In this document: in pieces, positions 43,101 through 55,653 of the stretch | Layout: each line of letters begins with the position of its first letter | Numbering within the stretch: the first letter of the stretch is position 1 | NCBI GenBank assembly: GCA_031409275.1 | Contig: JANNXA010000010.1 | Coordinates: 64,001 to 128,000, forward strand | Length of the DNA: 64,000 nucleotides | Origin: Planctomycetota bacterium | GTDB lineage: Bacteria > Planctomycetota > B15-G4 > SIAN01 | Direction: 5' to 3' | Translations under genes and position numbers: made by a program | The notes under the pieces: generated by a model | Databases searched by the model: none | Told to the model about the DNA's origin: nothing | What the model saw: the letters and a program-made list of their open reading frames with translations, nothing else

Positions 43101-43425
43101 GTTCGCGCAACAGGTCGAGCACGTACTTGAAGTACTCGTTGTGGCCGCCCTGATACGAGGAGAGCGCGATGCCTTGCGCGTCCTCCTGCAGCGCCGCGCG
43201 CACCACTTCCATCGCGCTGCGATTGTGGCCGAGGTGGATCACTTCGGCGCCTTCGCGCACCAGCAGCCGGCGCACGATGTTGATCGAGGCGTCGTGGCCA
43301 TCGAAGAGCGCGGCCGCCGTGACGAAGCGGACCGGGATCGGCGGCGCGTCGCCGCCCGACGCGGCCTCGAGAGCGCCCGGCTGGCTCGCCGGCCTGGGCG
43401 CGGTGACGTGGGTCGGAAGGTTCAT
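40102..43425 (-). CDS. icmF: Fused isobutyryl-CoA mutase / G-protein chaperone
   Basis: B12 domain (FDGHDASIN), G-domain ([23 protein letters not shown]), mutase barrel ([23 protein letters not shown]); 1107 aa. Confidence 0.96.
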   Translation of the reverse strand: MNLPTHVTAPRPASQPGALEAASGGDAPPIPVRFVTAAALFDGHDASINIVRRLLVREGAEVIHLGHNRSAMEVVRAALQEDAQGIALSSYQGGHNEYFKYVLDLLRERGAGHVKVYGGGGGVIVAREIAELEKYGVTRIYSPQDGRRLGMIGIAQEMIATCRYDTLALPPPKGKDVAAIRDATIARAITAVERAAQSGKATVARTKKMPVLGITGTGGAGKSSLTDELVRRIRFAEPNLKLALVLIDPSKRVTGGALLADRIRLNGIESQNVYVRSLATRGSQSEVSAALSGALAVLEAQGFDLCLVETSGIGQGDSAIVDFTDASMYVMTPEFGAPSQLEKIDMLDLADLVVINKADRRGAEDALRDVRRQLRRTRALAPGQRPDTVTDESMPAFMTVASRFNDPGVNRLFSALADLLRARFGLFQQPPALPPAPAAKAHLLPPDRVGYLGEIVRAIRGYRRRTEDEAKQLSQIQALDKARAQFAADATPAAAATTTALAAKVASERAAASREAQDLLAAEKAELEKYKGDDYRYEVRGKPHAVKLSTLSLSGSTIPRVALPRLSDDGDLLRFFRLEGLPGRFPYTAGIYPFKRQDEEPRRQFAGEGGPARTNKRFHYLSRHDAAKRLSVAFDSVTLYGEDPEERPDIYGKIGEGGVSICTLEDMQVLMQGFDLCDANTSVSMTINGPAPIVLAFFLNAAIEQQCDAQASKLGRKVSEEERAKLAGAVLKVVRGTVQADILKEDQAQNTCIYSTDFSLKLMGDVQEFFTKSDVRNFYSVSISGYHIAEAGANPISQLAFTLANGFTFVEYYLSRGLPIDAFAHNLSFFFSNGLDPEYSVMGRVARRIWSVALKNLYGASDRGQKFKYHIQTSGRSLHAMEIDFNDIRTTLQALTAIYDQCNSLHTNAYDEAITTPTEESVRRAMAIQMIIQREFGVTKNENPLQGSFLTQELTDLVEEAVLREFERLHERGGVLGAMETHYQRGRIQEESLLYELKKDSGELPIVGVNCFERPNDLEGAAAVSAAPVEIPLARASSAEKDDQIARLRDFQRRHAAQAPAALKRLQKIALDGGNVFAELMETVRVASLGQISEALYAVGGRYRRSL

Positions 43426-43567
43426 GAGGAGGGGCGTCCGCGGGCGATCGCAGCGACGACGTCGCCACGAGCACCCGAGGCTCGCGCCGAGTCGTCTGCC
43501 AGGAAGATCGCCGCGCTTTATACAGCAGTCGTCGGACGCAGGCGGCCCGCGCGACCGCCCGCCGAAC

Positions 43568-46708
<3,141 letters not shown>

Positions 46709-46798
46709 GGGTGACTCCAGCCCGCGACCGCGCGCAGGGCCTTGGAGTTATGCGGCACGCTTCGCCAAGCAACAAGACGTGACGCCGCGCGCGACGTC

Positions 46799-47728
46799 CT
46801 ACCGGCGCAGCTCGTCGATCACCGAGCGCGCGAGGAGTTGAGGCGTCCCACCCCGTCCCGCCGCCGCCGTCGCGGCCGCCGCAAGGCGCGGTTCGAGCTC
46901 GCGCAACGCGAGATGGCGAATACGACGCGCGAGGCGCTCACGCTGCCGCAGGGCGAGCGAACCGTCGCCGCGCTGCCGATCGGCAAGCCGGCGCAGCGTC
47001 GCGACCGCGGAGGCGATGCCCTCGCCGCTGCTCGCGCTGACGATCGCCACCGGAGGCAACCGGTCGCGCTCGACGTCGCGGATCTCAAGCACGCTCGCGA
47101 GCGTGGCGGCGGCAGCCGCGGCGCCCGCCAGATCGCCTTTGGTCACCAGGAAGCAGTCGCCCGCCTCCATCAACCCCGCCTTGAGCGCCTGCACCGCATC
47201 GCCGCCCGAAGGCGGCAGCGCGACCACGGTCAAGTCGACGGCGTACGCGATCTCGATCTCGCTCTGGCCGGCCCCGACCGCTTCGACCAACAGCCAGTCG
47301 AAGCCGAACGCATCGAGCAGGTCGAGCTGATCGAAACCGGCGTGCGCGAAGCCGCCCGCAGCGCCGCGCGTGGCGACGCTGCGGAAGAAGACGCCGTCGT
47401 CGACCGCACCCGGCGTGTAGCGGATGCGATCGCCGAGCAGTGCGCCGCCGCTGCGTTCGCTGGTGGGATCAGTGGCCAGCACGGCGACACGCTCGCCCGC
47501 GGCCCGCAGCTCGCGCACCAGCGCATCGATCAGGGTGCTCTTGCCCGCGCCGCCCGGACCGGTGATGCCGATCCGCCGCGCGCGCCCGGCCTGCGCCGCC
47601 ACCGCGTCGGCGACGATCCCGTAACGCGCCGGCTCCGACTCGGCCAGCGACAGGAGTCGCGCCAGCGCGCGTCGCTCGCCGCGCAGGAGTCGTTGCAGCA
47701 GCTCGATAGGCTCCTCGCGCGGCTTCAT
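46799..47728 (-). CDS. meaB: MeaB/ArgK family GTPase (mutase chaperone)
   Basis: GITGPGGAGKSTL, DPTS, LLGDRIR, GAGQSE, QALKAGLME; alternative start at 47740. Confidence 0.88.
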   Translation of the reverse strand: MKPREEPIELLQRLLRGERRALARLLSLAESEPARYGIVADAVAAQAGRARRIGITGPGGAGKSTLIDALVRELRAAGERVAVLATDPTSERSGGALLGDRIRYTPGAVDDGVFFRSVATRGAAGGFAHAGFDQLDLLDAFGFDWLLVEAVGAGQSEIEIAYAVDLTVVALPPSGGDAVQALKAGLMEAGDCFLVTKGDLAGAAAAAATLASVLEIRDVERDRLPPVAIVSASSGEGIASAVATLRRLADRQRGDGSLALRQRERLARRIRHLALRELEPRLAAAATAAAGRGGTPQLLARSVIDELRR

Positions 47729-47753
47729 GGTGGTCGGCATCCTACTCGCACCC

Positions 47754-48464
47754 ATGCCCTCGCTCGCCTCCATCAACGTCGGCCGCGCGCAGAGCTTCGA
47801 CCTCGGCGAGCGCAAGCTCCGTTCGGCGATCTTGAAGTCGCCGATCGCCGGTCGCGTCGAGCTGCAGCCACTCGGCGTGGCCGGTGACCAGCAGGCCGAT
47901 CGCCGATTCCACGGCGGTCCCGAGAAGGCGGTCTACCTCTACGCGCTCGAGCACTACCCGTTCTGGCAATCGGCGCTCAAGTGCGTCGCGCTCCCGCCCG
48001 GGACCTTCGGCGAGAACCTGACGATCGAAGGGTGGCCCGACCTCGAAGGCGAGTTGCACGTCGGCGACGAGCTCGCGATCGGCGATCCGCAACACGGCGC
48101 GCGGGTGCAGTTGACGACGCCGCGCCAGCCGTGCTGGAAGCTCGAGGCGCGCATGGGGCTGCCCGGTTTCGCCAAGGCGTTCCTCGAGAGCGGACGCATC
48201 GGCATCTACGCGCGCGTCTCCCGGCCTGGCGCCATCGGTGTGGGCGATGCCGTCGCGGTGGTGACGCGCTCGCCGCAGTCCGCCACGGTGCGCGACTTGA
48301 TCGCCGCGTTGCACCTCGAAGATCGCGCCGCCGCACAACGGGTGCTGGCCGACGACGCGCTCGATGCCGCGCTGCGCCGCAAGGTCGAGTGGCGGCTCGC
48401 GCGAGGGCGCCGAAAAGGCGGGGCCGCCGCCGACGAAAGCGAAGACGACCTCAGCGCGCCGTGA
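47754..48464 (+). CDS. MOSC domain protein (YiiM-like)
   Basis: GDQQADRRFHGGPEKAV, FGENLT, PRQPCWKL, GIYARV. Confidence 0.92.
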   Translation: MPSLASINVGRAQSFDLGERKLRSAILKSPIAGRVELQPLGVAGDQQADRRFHGGPEKAVYLYALEHYPFWQSALKCVALPPGTFGENLTIEGWPDLEGELHVGDELAIGDPQHGARVQLTTPRQPCWKLEARMGLPGFAKAFLESGRIGIYARVSRPGAIGVGDAVAVVTRSPQSATVRDLIAALHLEDRAAAQRVLADDALDAALRRKVEWRLARGRRKGGAAADESEDDLSAP

Positions 48465-49146
48465 CCGGCGGCAGCGGCCGCCAGCGCAACCGCGAGATCT
48501 CCGCGACCGTCGCGTAGCTCGCGATGCCGAGCGGTCGACACGGCTCGACCTCGGTGCGCACCCCGAGGTGCACTCCCGCCGTGGCGACGTCGGCCAGCAG
48601 CACGTCATCGCACCATGCCTGCACGCGGCCGCCGCCGACGCGCACGCGCGCGCTCACCGGCACACCGCGCACGAACTTGCGGTAGGTCGCGGTCGGATTG
48701 CTGGAGGCGTCGCGGCCATCGAGACACGAGAAGCCGCAGGTCGAGCCGCCCCAACCGCCGAGCACCAGCGTGAGCGCATCGGCGCCGACGGGGAAGGTGA
48801 GCGCGCAGAAGAAGTCGCTGCCGCTTCGACGCAGCGCGATGACCTCGATCTCGTACTCCTCTTGCGGGAGCGGTGCGGCGATCGGCGGATCGAGAGGCCA
48901 GACGATGCCCGTCATCGGTGAGCCAGCGAGCAGCCGCACGCCGAAGTCGCCGACCTCGACGCCGCCACTCCCGCCGAGCGCGGCCTCGCGCCATGCGGGC
49001 GAACCAGCGTCCGTGGCGCGAACGGAGGCCGTCGGCGCCTCGATCAGCACGTTCCACGGCGCGCTCTCGTCGGCGACCGGCGCGGCGTCGACGGCGGCTC
49101 GACAACCAAGGAACGCCACCCAGAGGAGCGCTGCGCACCGCTTCAT
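48451..49146 (-). CDS. DUF1080-like (3-keto-disaccharide hydrolase family) lipoprotein
   Basis: Lipobox FLGC; GSDFFCALTFPV...LVLGGWGG...DGRDAS; ATG 49144-49146 overlaps the MFS stop. Confidence 0.65.
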   Translation of the reverse strand: MKRCAALLWVAFLGCRAAVDAAPVADESAPWNVLIEAPTASVRATDAGSPAWREAALGGSGGVEVGDFGVRLLAGSPMTGIVWPLDPPIAAPLPQEEYEIEVIALRRSGSDFFCALTFPVGADALTLVLGGWGGSTCGFSCLDGRDASSNPTATYRKFVRGVPVSARVRVGGGRVQAWCDDVLLADVATAGVHLGVRTEVEPCRPLGIASYATVAEISRLRWRPLPPVTAR

Positions 49147-50399
49147 GACGAGCTCCTCGCGCGCGACCGCAGCCGCCACGCTCCCAACAACACCAGCAGC
49201 GACGACACGACGAAGAGCGGTCGCACGCTGCTACCGAAGCGTTCGAGCAAGCTTGCCAGGACGCCGCCAAGCAATGGCCCGATCGCGTTGGCCAGCCCGA
49301 TCGCGGAGAACATGAAGCCGTTCGCGGCACCGCGCCGTTCGATCGGCGAAAGGGTGGCGGCGAGGCCGAAGGCAGACGGCAGCACTCCCGCCAAGAAGAT
49401 GCCGCTCGCGAACCGCAGCGCGCCCAGTTGCGCGACGTGGCCGACGAACGCCTGCGGCAGCAGGCAGAGCGCCGCCCCGATTCCGCAGCGACCGAGCAGC
49501 CGGCTGTGACCGCGCTCGTCGCCGAGTCGCCCCCACAGCGGAGTGACCAGCAGCGTCGCGGCGGCGGTCGCGCCGAACGCCAGCCCGGTCGTCGTGCCGA
49601 GGTGCTCGTCGCCGCCGCCGCGCAGCGTGCCGATGAACATCGCGAGCACGGGATCGACGAGCACCGCGCCGCCGCGCACCGCCAGCACGCCCAGCACCAT
49701 CGTGCGCAGCGGACCGGCCGCCAGGAACGCGCGCGCATCACGCCAGAGTTCCTGCAGCGCCGTCGCGCCGCGGCGCACCGCGCGCGCGCCAGCCGGCGCT
49801 GGGTCGAGGCCATCCTCTCGCACCCGCGGAGCCGCGACTTCGGTGACGCCGACGGCGATCGCGGCGAACGCCGCCACGCTGAGCGCGGCGCAGAGGAAGA
49901 AGGTGAGGCGGTGGCCGAAGTGGTCGCCGATGAAGCCGCCGAGCGCGGGGCCGAGGATGTTGCCCGCGAGCACGCTCGTATGCAGCGTCCCGGCGATCCG
50001 TCCTTGCTGTTGCGGCGGCGCCGACACCGACACCAGCGTCATCGCCGGCGCGATGAACCCCGAGAAGACGCCCTGCAGCAGGCGCAGCACCAGCAGCAAC
50101 CATGGCGTCGTCGCGAAGCCCATCGCGCCGACGAACAGCGTGATCGCGAGGTTGGCGCGCAGCAGCATCGGCTTGCGCCCGATGCGATCGCCGAGCGCGC
50201 CCCACAGTGGCCCCATGAAGGCCGCGGTGAGCGGCGCCGCGGCGACGAGCGCTCCCGACCAGACCGCGACGGCACGCTCGTCAGCGACGCCGATCTCCCG
50301 CAGGTGGAGCGGGAAGAGCGGCAGGAACGTCGTCATCCCGATCGCGGTGACGAAGTTGGCCGCCCACACCACCCGAAAGTTGCGCCGCCAGGCCTCCAC
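49143..50399 (-). CDS. MFS transporter (DHA1-like)
   Basis: About 12 TM segments, motif A WGALGDRIGRKPM, LRLLQG, GPALGG. Confidence 0.93.
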   Translation of the reverse strand: MEAWRRNFRVVWAANFVTAIGMTTFLPLFPLHLREIGVADERAVAVWSGALVAAAPLTAAFMGPLWGALGDRIGRKPMLLRANLAITLFVGAMGFATTPWLLLVLRLLQGVFSGFIAPAMTLVSVSAPPQQQGRIAGTLHTSVLAGNILGPALGGFIGDHFGHRLTFFLCAALSVAAFAAIAVGVTEVAAPRVREDGLDPAPAGARAVRRGATALQELWRDARAFLAAGPLRTMVLGVLAVRGGAVLVDPVLAMFIGTLRGGGDEHLGTTTGLAFGATAAATLLVTPLWGRLGDERGHSRLLGRCGIGAALCLLPQAFVGHVAQLGALRFASGIFLAGVLPSAFGLAATLSPIERRGAANGFMFSAIGLANAIGPLLGGVLASLLERFGSSVRPLFVVSSLLVLLGAWRLRSRARSSS

Positions 50400-50411
50400 C
50401 CGAAACGCGCG

Positions 50412-50846
50412 TCAGCTCTTGCCGATCTGCGCGCGGTAGCGCTTGCGGAACAGCTCCACGAGCAGCTTGCCGCGCTCGGTGTTGGTGGCGACCCACTCGG
50501 CGTTCAGGAACGCGAAGCGGCTCGTCGCCTTGCGGTACTCGGCCAGGTGCTCTTCGACCCGCGTGTAGACCAGCAGCCCTTCGCCGTTGCTCTCGAGGAA
50601 GTACTCGGGATGGACGATCCCGTGCTTCACCATCGCGTAGACCATCTCCCAATAGGTCGACACCTGGCGCCACGCCGCGTTCATCGGGTGGTCGGGCTTG
50701 GTGATGGCGATCAGCTCGTCGAAGCTCTTCGGCAGGAACTTGCCGACGATGGCATCGCGCGACGCGCGCATGACCGACTCGCGGCGCAGGTCGTACACCT
50801 TGAGCGCCAGCTCGGCATCCCCGTGGTCAGGCTGCTGCTTCGACAT
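50412..50846 (-). CDS. Conserved hypothetical protein (DUF4760-like)
   Basis: DAELALKVYDLRRESVMRASR...YWEMV; GGAG RBS. Confidence 0.7.
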   Translation of the reverse strand: MSKQQPDHGDAELALKVYDLRRESVMRASRDAIVGKFLPKSFDELIAITKPDHPMNAAWRQVSTYWEMVYAMVKHGIVHPEYFLESNGEGLLVYTRVEEHLAEYRKATSRFAFLNAEWVATNTERGKLLVELFRKRYRAQIGKS

Positions 50847-51026
50847 CGTGGTCTCCGATTGGGAAGGAGGCGTCGTGATCCGAGAGTCCGCGAACGAGGT
50901 CGGAGGCGAATCAGGCGCAGGGCGAGGAGCACCGACGACTTCAACTTCAGGGGAAGTGGATGAGGAGGTGCAACCGGGCCACGAGCATACGGCCGCGCTC
51001 GCCCTCGACTCGGAGGCGACCGACGA

Positions 51027-51986
51027 TCAGTCGCCCCACACCGCCGTCGGCACCAGTTCGTCGAGCTCGATCTCGGGCACGCTGATGCGCACGCGCGCGC
51101 GACGCGCCTCCTCGAGACCGCGGCCAGTGCGCAGCAGCACGCGACCCGGAATCTCGAACTTCTCCGCGTCGAGCAGCCCTGCGAACGTCGACTCGAGCGC
51201 GAGGAAGCCGCCGAAACTCGAGCTGTCCGCGACCCGCGTCCCGACGACGGCACGACCGCTCGGGTCGGAGAGGCGAAGTTCGAGCTGCTCGCGTTCGACG
51301 CTGAAGCGGTGCGACTTGCCGGCGCGCGCCCACTGGATCGTCGGCCCGGCCGGATCGAACGTCGAGCTGATCCCGAAGCGTTGCTTCAGGGCGGCGCCGA
51401 CCATCGTGCGCGGCGTCGGATAGGAGTCGGCGTAGACCACGTCGCCCTCTTCGCCAATGCGGAACACGAAGCGGTGGAGCGCCGCTGGATCGGCCGCCTC
51501 CGCAGCGGCGAGGCACGCGGCGAAGTCGGTCGTCGGCGCGAGGCGGCCGCGCGGGTCGAGCGGCAGGACGCGACCGGCGACGATCGCGAGCCACTGCCCC
51601 GCGTGGTCGGGAAAGAGGCGCTCCTTCTGCCGCAGGTAGTCGCCCTCGAAGGCGCGCTCGTTCTGCTCGCGCTGGAGATCGACGGGATCGCGCGGCGCAG
51701 CCGGCGGAGCGGCGGGGTCGCTCGGCGCGCCGGCGGGATCCGCGGACGGATCGGCGGGGGGCGCCGCGGGCGGGTCGATCGGCGCCGGCGAAGGCGGGAC
51801 CTCCTGCGGCGGCGGCTCCACCGCGACGACCACCTGCGGCCACGGCAGCGGCGTCGACGCCTGCGTCGAGGCGGATCGTGGCGATGGCCGTGCGCCGTAC
51901 AGCGGATCACCTGCCGCTGCACAGCCGAGCGCCGCCGTCCACCCCAGCGCGACGAGCACTCCGAGTCGTCGATCGCTGTGAACCAT
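51027..51986 (-). CDS. Lipoprotein with Pro-rich linker, DUF5678-like domain and clan AA aspartic-protease-like domain
   Basis: ALGC lipobox; NERAF...HAGQWLAIVAGRV; ADSSSFGGFLAL; ATG 51984-51986 with GGAG. Confidence 0.6.
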   Translation of the reverse strand: MVHSDRRLGVLVALGWTAALGCAAAGDPLYGARPSPRSASTQASTPLPWPQVVVAVEPPPQEVPPSPAPIDPPAAPPADPSADPAGAPSDPAAPPAAPRDPVDLQREQNERAFEGDYLRQKERLFPDHAGQWLAIVAGRVLPLDPRGRLAPTTDFAACLAAAEAADPAALHRFVFRIGEEGDVVYADSYPTPRTMVGAALKQRFGISSTFDPAGPTIQWARAGKSHRFSVEREQLELRLSDPSGRAVVGTRVADSSSFGGFLALESTFAGLLDAEKFEIPGRVLLRTGRGLEEARRARVRISVPEIELDELVPTAVWGD

Positions 51987-51999
51987 CGTCTGCTCCACG

Positions 52000-52368
52000 T
52001 CGGTGGCGGGGATCTTTCCACCGCCGATCCCGCACACTACGCGCGCTGACGCAGTCCATGAGGTGGCGGGGATCTTTCGTCCGGTCTCGATGAAGAGCAC
52101 GCCGCCCGCTTTCGGTTGGAACGGACGACGACCGCGAACCTGGCGGTCAAGCTCGAGCCGGCGAGCAGCAGCCTCGCGGCGCCTCTCGGACGCGGCGGGG
52201 ACCTCTCGGCTGAAGCCCGGAATGGGCGGATCGTCGCGCTCTCCGGCGCGAGCGAAGTGCTGAAGACGCCGGCGATCGACGATCGCTCGCAGCGCGTGGA
52301 TGAAAACTCCCCGCCACCTGTTCGACAGCAGCGTGCGGTTTCGGCGGTGGAAAGATCCCCGCCACCGA
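52000..52368. mobile_element. MITE-like non-autonomous element with 28 bp terminal inverted repeats
   Basis: TCGGTGGCGGGGATCTTTCCACCGCCGA at 52000-52027, exact reverse complement at 52341-52368; subterminal copies at 52062-52078 and 52302-52318. Confidence 0.6.
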
Positions 52369-52382
52369 GTCACGCCACCGAA

Positions 52383-54287
52383 TCAGCGAGGGGTCGTCAG
52401 CAGCTCGTGGCAGTCGAGCACGCCCTGCTCGAGCCAGGCGTGATCGCCGGCGACGATCGACTGCGCGAGCTGGTAGCTCGCAACGTCGTCGTTGCTCCGC
52501 AGCTGCACGAAGAGCTCGTCGACACGGCGCCGCGCGGCTCGGCAGAAGGAGCCCGCGAGGTCGACCGCCTTGCTCGACCGCTCCGGCCCGGCGGCCAGCG
52601 TTCGCGCGCGCGCACAGGCGGCGGCCATCGCCGTCAGCTCGGCACCGATGTCGACGATGCGCGCCAGCAGTCGTTGCCGCCGCTCGAGCTTCGCCTGGTG
52701 GCGCATCATGTTCGTGAAGATCGCGCGTGCCAGTCGCCGCACCGTCCGCTCGAGCCAGCGCACATGGCCGGCGAGCTCACCGTACTCGGCGAACGCGACC
52801 GGGTTCATGCCAGCGCCAAACAGCAGCTTCGGCACCCACCCGGCATAGAACTTCGTCGCCGTCCACAGCGACTTCGCCTTCGCGCCGGGTTTCGACTTCG
52901 GATCGAGCAGCGCTCCGGCCGCGGTCACATGCGCATCGAGCGCCTCGCGCGCGATGAAAAGGTGCATCACCTGCGTCGACCCCTCGACGACGGTGTTGAT
53001 CCGGAAGTCGCGCAGCAGCCGCTCGACCGGATAGGGGATTTCGCCACGCGACTTCAGCGATTGCTCGGTCTCGAAGCCGCGACCGCCGCGCACCTGGAAG
53101 CACTCGCCCGCGAGGCGCACGCCGTGCTCGGTGTTGAAGAGCTTGGCGATCGCCGCTTCGAGTCGGACGTCATGGCCGCCCTGGTCGACGAGCAGGCAGC
53201 CGAGATCGGCAAGCGCCTGCATCGCGAACAGCGTCGACGCGAGATCGGTGATCTTCCCCGCGATCTCGTCGTGCTTGCCGATCGTGACTCCCCACTGGAA
53301 ACGCGACGCGGCGAAACGGCGGGTCATCGACAACGCCTGCTTCATGCCACCGACCACGCAGCTCGGCAGCGTGAGGCGCCCGGTGTTCAACGTGACCAGC
53401 GCGAGCTTCAGCCCCGAGCCTTCCTTCCACAGCAGGTTCTCGCGCGGGACCTTCACGTCCTTGAAGCGCAGCACGCCGTTGTAGATGCCGCGCAGACCGC
53501 TGAAGTGGCAGCGATGCGCGATCTCGACACCGGGCCATGCGCGCTCGACGATGAACGCCGAGATCTGCTTCTTCTGGCTGCCGTCGGGCGCGACCTTCGG
53601 CGGCGTCTGCGCCATCACGACCAGCAGGTCGGCAATGGTCCCATTGGTGCACCAGAGCTTCTCGCCGTTCAGGATCCAGTGCGACCCGTCGGCCGAGAGC
53701 TCCGCATGCGTCGTCATGTTCGCGGGATCGGAGCCGGCGCCCGACTCGGTCAGCGCGAAGGCGGAGATCTCGCCGCGCGCCAGACGCGGCAGGTAGCGCT
53801 TCTTCTGCTCTTCGGTGCCGAAGAGCTTCAGCGGCTGCGGCACGCCGATCGACTGGTGCGCCGAGAGCAGCGTCGCGGTGTTGGCGCAATGCGCCGCCAC
53901 CAGTTCGATGATGCGGTTGTAGGAGGTCTTGCTCAGGCCGAGCCCGCCGTACTCCTTCGGGATCGTGAGCCCGAACGCGCCGAGTTCCTTCAACCCTTGC
54001 AGCACGTCGGCGGGCACCTCGCCTTCGCGATCGATCCGCTCGCCGTCGACCTTCGCGACCAGGAAGGGCTTCAGCTTCGCGAGGAACGCCTCGCACTCGG
54101 CGCGCGACGCGGCGGGCTCGACTGGAAACGGATCGATCAGGTCCATCCGCAAGCGACCGAGGAAGAGCTCCTTCGAGAACGAAGGGTGGTCCCAGGTCTG
54201 CTCTCGCGCCGCCTCGGCGACGGCACGTGCTTCCGCCTCGGTGGCCGCGCCGGGCTGCTTGGTCTCGCTCGTCATGGGTGTCGCCAT
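52383..54287 (-). CDS. Long acyl-CoA dehydrogenase (VLCAD/ACAD9-like)
   Basis: AFALTESGAGSD, GEKLWCTN, LNTGR, RGGRGFE, VVEGS; about 630 aa; alternative ATG at 54275. Confidence 0.93.
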   Translation of the reverse strand: MATPMTSETKQPGAATEAEARAVAEAAREQTWDHPSFSKELFLGRLRMDLIDPFPVEPAASRAECEAFLAKLKPFLVAKVDGERIDREGEVPADVLQGLKELGAFGLTIPKEYGGLGLSKTSYNRIIELVAAHCANTATLLSAHQSIGVPQPLKLFGTEEQKKRYLPRLARGEISAFALTESGAGSDPANMTTHAELSADGSHWILNGEKLWCTNGTIADLLVVMAQTPPKVAPDGSQKKQISAFIVERAWPGVEIAHRCHFSGLRGIYNGVLRFKDVKVPRENLLWKEGSGLKLALVTLNTGRLTLPSCVVGGMKQALSMTRRFAASRFQWGVTIGKHDEIAGKITDLASTLFAMQALADLGCLLVDQGGHDVRLEAAIAKLFNTEHGVRLAGECFQVRGGRGFETEQSLKSRGEIPYPVERLLRDFRINTVVEGSTQVMHLFIAREALDAHVTAAGALLDPKSKPGAKAKSLWTATKFYAGWVPKLLFGAGMNPVAFAEYGELAGHVRWLERTVRRLARAIFTNMMRHQAKLERRQRLLARIVDIGAELTAMAAACARARTLAAGPERSSKAVDLAGSFCRAARRRVDELFVQLRSNDDVASYQLAQSIVAGDHAWLEQGVLDCHELLTTPR

Positions 54288-54394
54288 TCCCCCCTCGGGT
54301 GCGGATTCGTCCGCACCCCCCCTTCGGCACGCCGACGGGGGGAGCACGACTCCGCTCCGGGAGACCCCTCACAGCGAACGGCGCACCGCCCCGA

Positions 54395-55546
54395 TCAGCC
54401 CAGCAGCGCGCGCGCGACGACCATGCGCTGAGCCTCGGTCGTCCCTTCGTAGATCTCGGTGATGCGCGCGTCGCGGAAGAGGCGCTCGACGCGGTAGTCG
54501 CGCGAGTAGCCGGCCGAGCCGTGGATCTGCACGGCATCGTCGGCGGCGCGGTTCGAAAGCGTGCTGGCGAAGAGCTTCGCCATCGCCGCCTCCTTCCCGC
54601 ACGGCTCGCCCGCATCGCGCATCTGCGCCGCGCGGCGCGTCAGCAACCGCGCCGCGTCGATGCCGGTGGCCATATCGGCGAGCTTCCATTGGATCGCCTG
54701 GAACTCGGCGATCGCCCGGCCGAACTGGCGCCGTTCCTTGGCGTACTGCAGCGACTCGTCGAGGCAGCCCTGCGCAATGCCCAACGCCTGGCTGGCGATG
54801 CCGATGCGCCCCGCATCGAGCGTGTCCATCGCGATCCGGAAGCCCTTGTCGACTTCGCCCAGCACGTTCTCGGCGGGCACCACGCAACGGTCGAGCACGA
54901 TCTCGGTGGTCGGTGATGCCCGGATGCCGAGCTTCTGCTCTTTCTTGCCGACGCTCAGCCCTCGCGTCGTCCGCTCGACGAGGAAGCAGGTGATGCCACG
55001 CGAACGGTGTTCGGCATCGGGGGGCGGCGCGGTGCGCGCGAAGATGAGGTAGAGGCCGGCGTGCGAACCCGAGGTGATCCAGAGCTTGGCGCCGTCGAGG
55101 ACGAACGAATCGCCCTGTCGAACCGCCTTCGTCGACTGGTCGGAGGCATCGGTGCCGGCGCCCGCTTCGGACAAGCAGTAGGCGCCAAGCCACTCGCCGC
55201 TCGCGAGCTTCGGCAGGAAGCGACGCTTCTGCGCGTCGGTGCCGTACTTCGCGACCGGCCCGCAGACCAGCGAGTTGTGCACGGACAGCGTGACCGCCGT
55301 CGAAGGGCAGACCCGCGAGATCTCCTCGACGATCAGAGAGCCGGCGAGCGTCCCCATCGCGGTGCCGCCGAACTCTTCGGGAATCGTCACCGCACACAGG
55401 CCGAGCTCGCGCGCCTTCTGCCAGGGGATCTCGGGAAAGCTCTCGCTCTCGTCGTACTTCGCGGCGTGAGGCGCGACGTGATCGCGAACGTAGTCGCGAA
55501 CCATCTGCTGCAGGAGGACGAGCTCTTCGGGAAGGTCGGAAGGCAA
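54395..55546 (-). CDS. Acyl-CoA dehydrogenase (butyryl-CoA dehydrogenase-like)
   Basis: YCLSEAGAGTD, GAKLWIT, LDAGRIGIA, VQIHGSAGY, IYEGTTE; TTG start 55544-55546 with GGAG. Confidence 0.94.
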   Translation of the reverse strand: MPSDLPEELVLLQQMVRDYVRDHVAPHAAKYDESESFPEIPWQKARELGLCAVTIPEEFGGTAMGTLAGSLIVEEISRVCPSTAVTLSVHNSLVCGPVAKYGTDAQKRRFLPKLASGEWLGAYCLSEAGAGTDASDQSTKAVRQGDSFVLDGAKLWITSGSHAGLYLIFARTAPPPDAEHRSRGITCFLVERTTRGLSVGKKEQKLGIRASPTTEIVLDRCVVPAENVLGEVDKGFRIAMDTLDAGRIGIASQALGIAQGCLDESLQYAKERRQFGRAIAEFQAIQWKLADMATGIDAARLLTRRAAQMRDAGEPCGKEAAMAKLFASTLSNRAADDAVQIHGSAGYSRDYRVERLFRDARITEIYEGTTEAQRMVVARALLG

Positions 55547-55653
55547 GGGGTCGCTCCGTGTCGGCGCCGATGCGGGTCGCAGCGGCCACCGAGGGGCAAC
55601 ACCATTACCAAAGCGCCCCTGAAGGCGCGCCCTCTTCGCCGGTGAACGGGCCA

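Noticed and set aside
43426..43567. Cobalamin riboswitch upstream of icmF
   Set aside because: Too short, and no B12-box or other recognisable conserved elements
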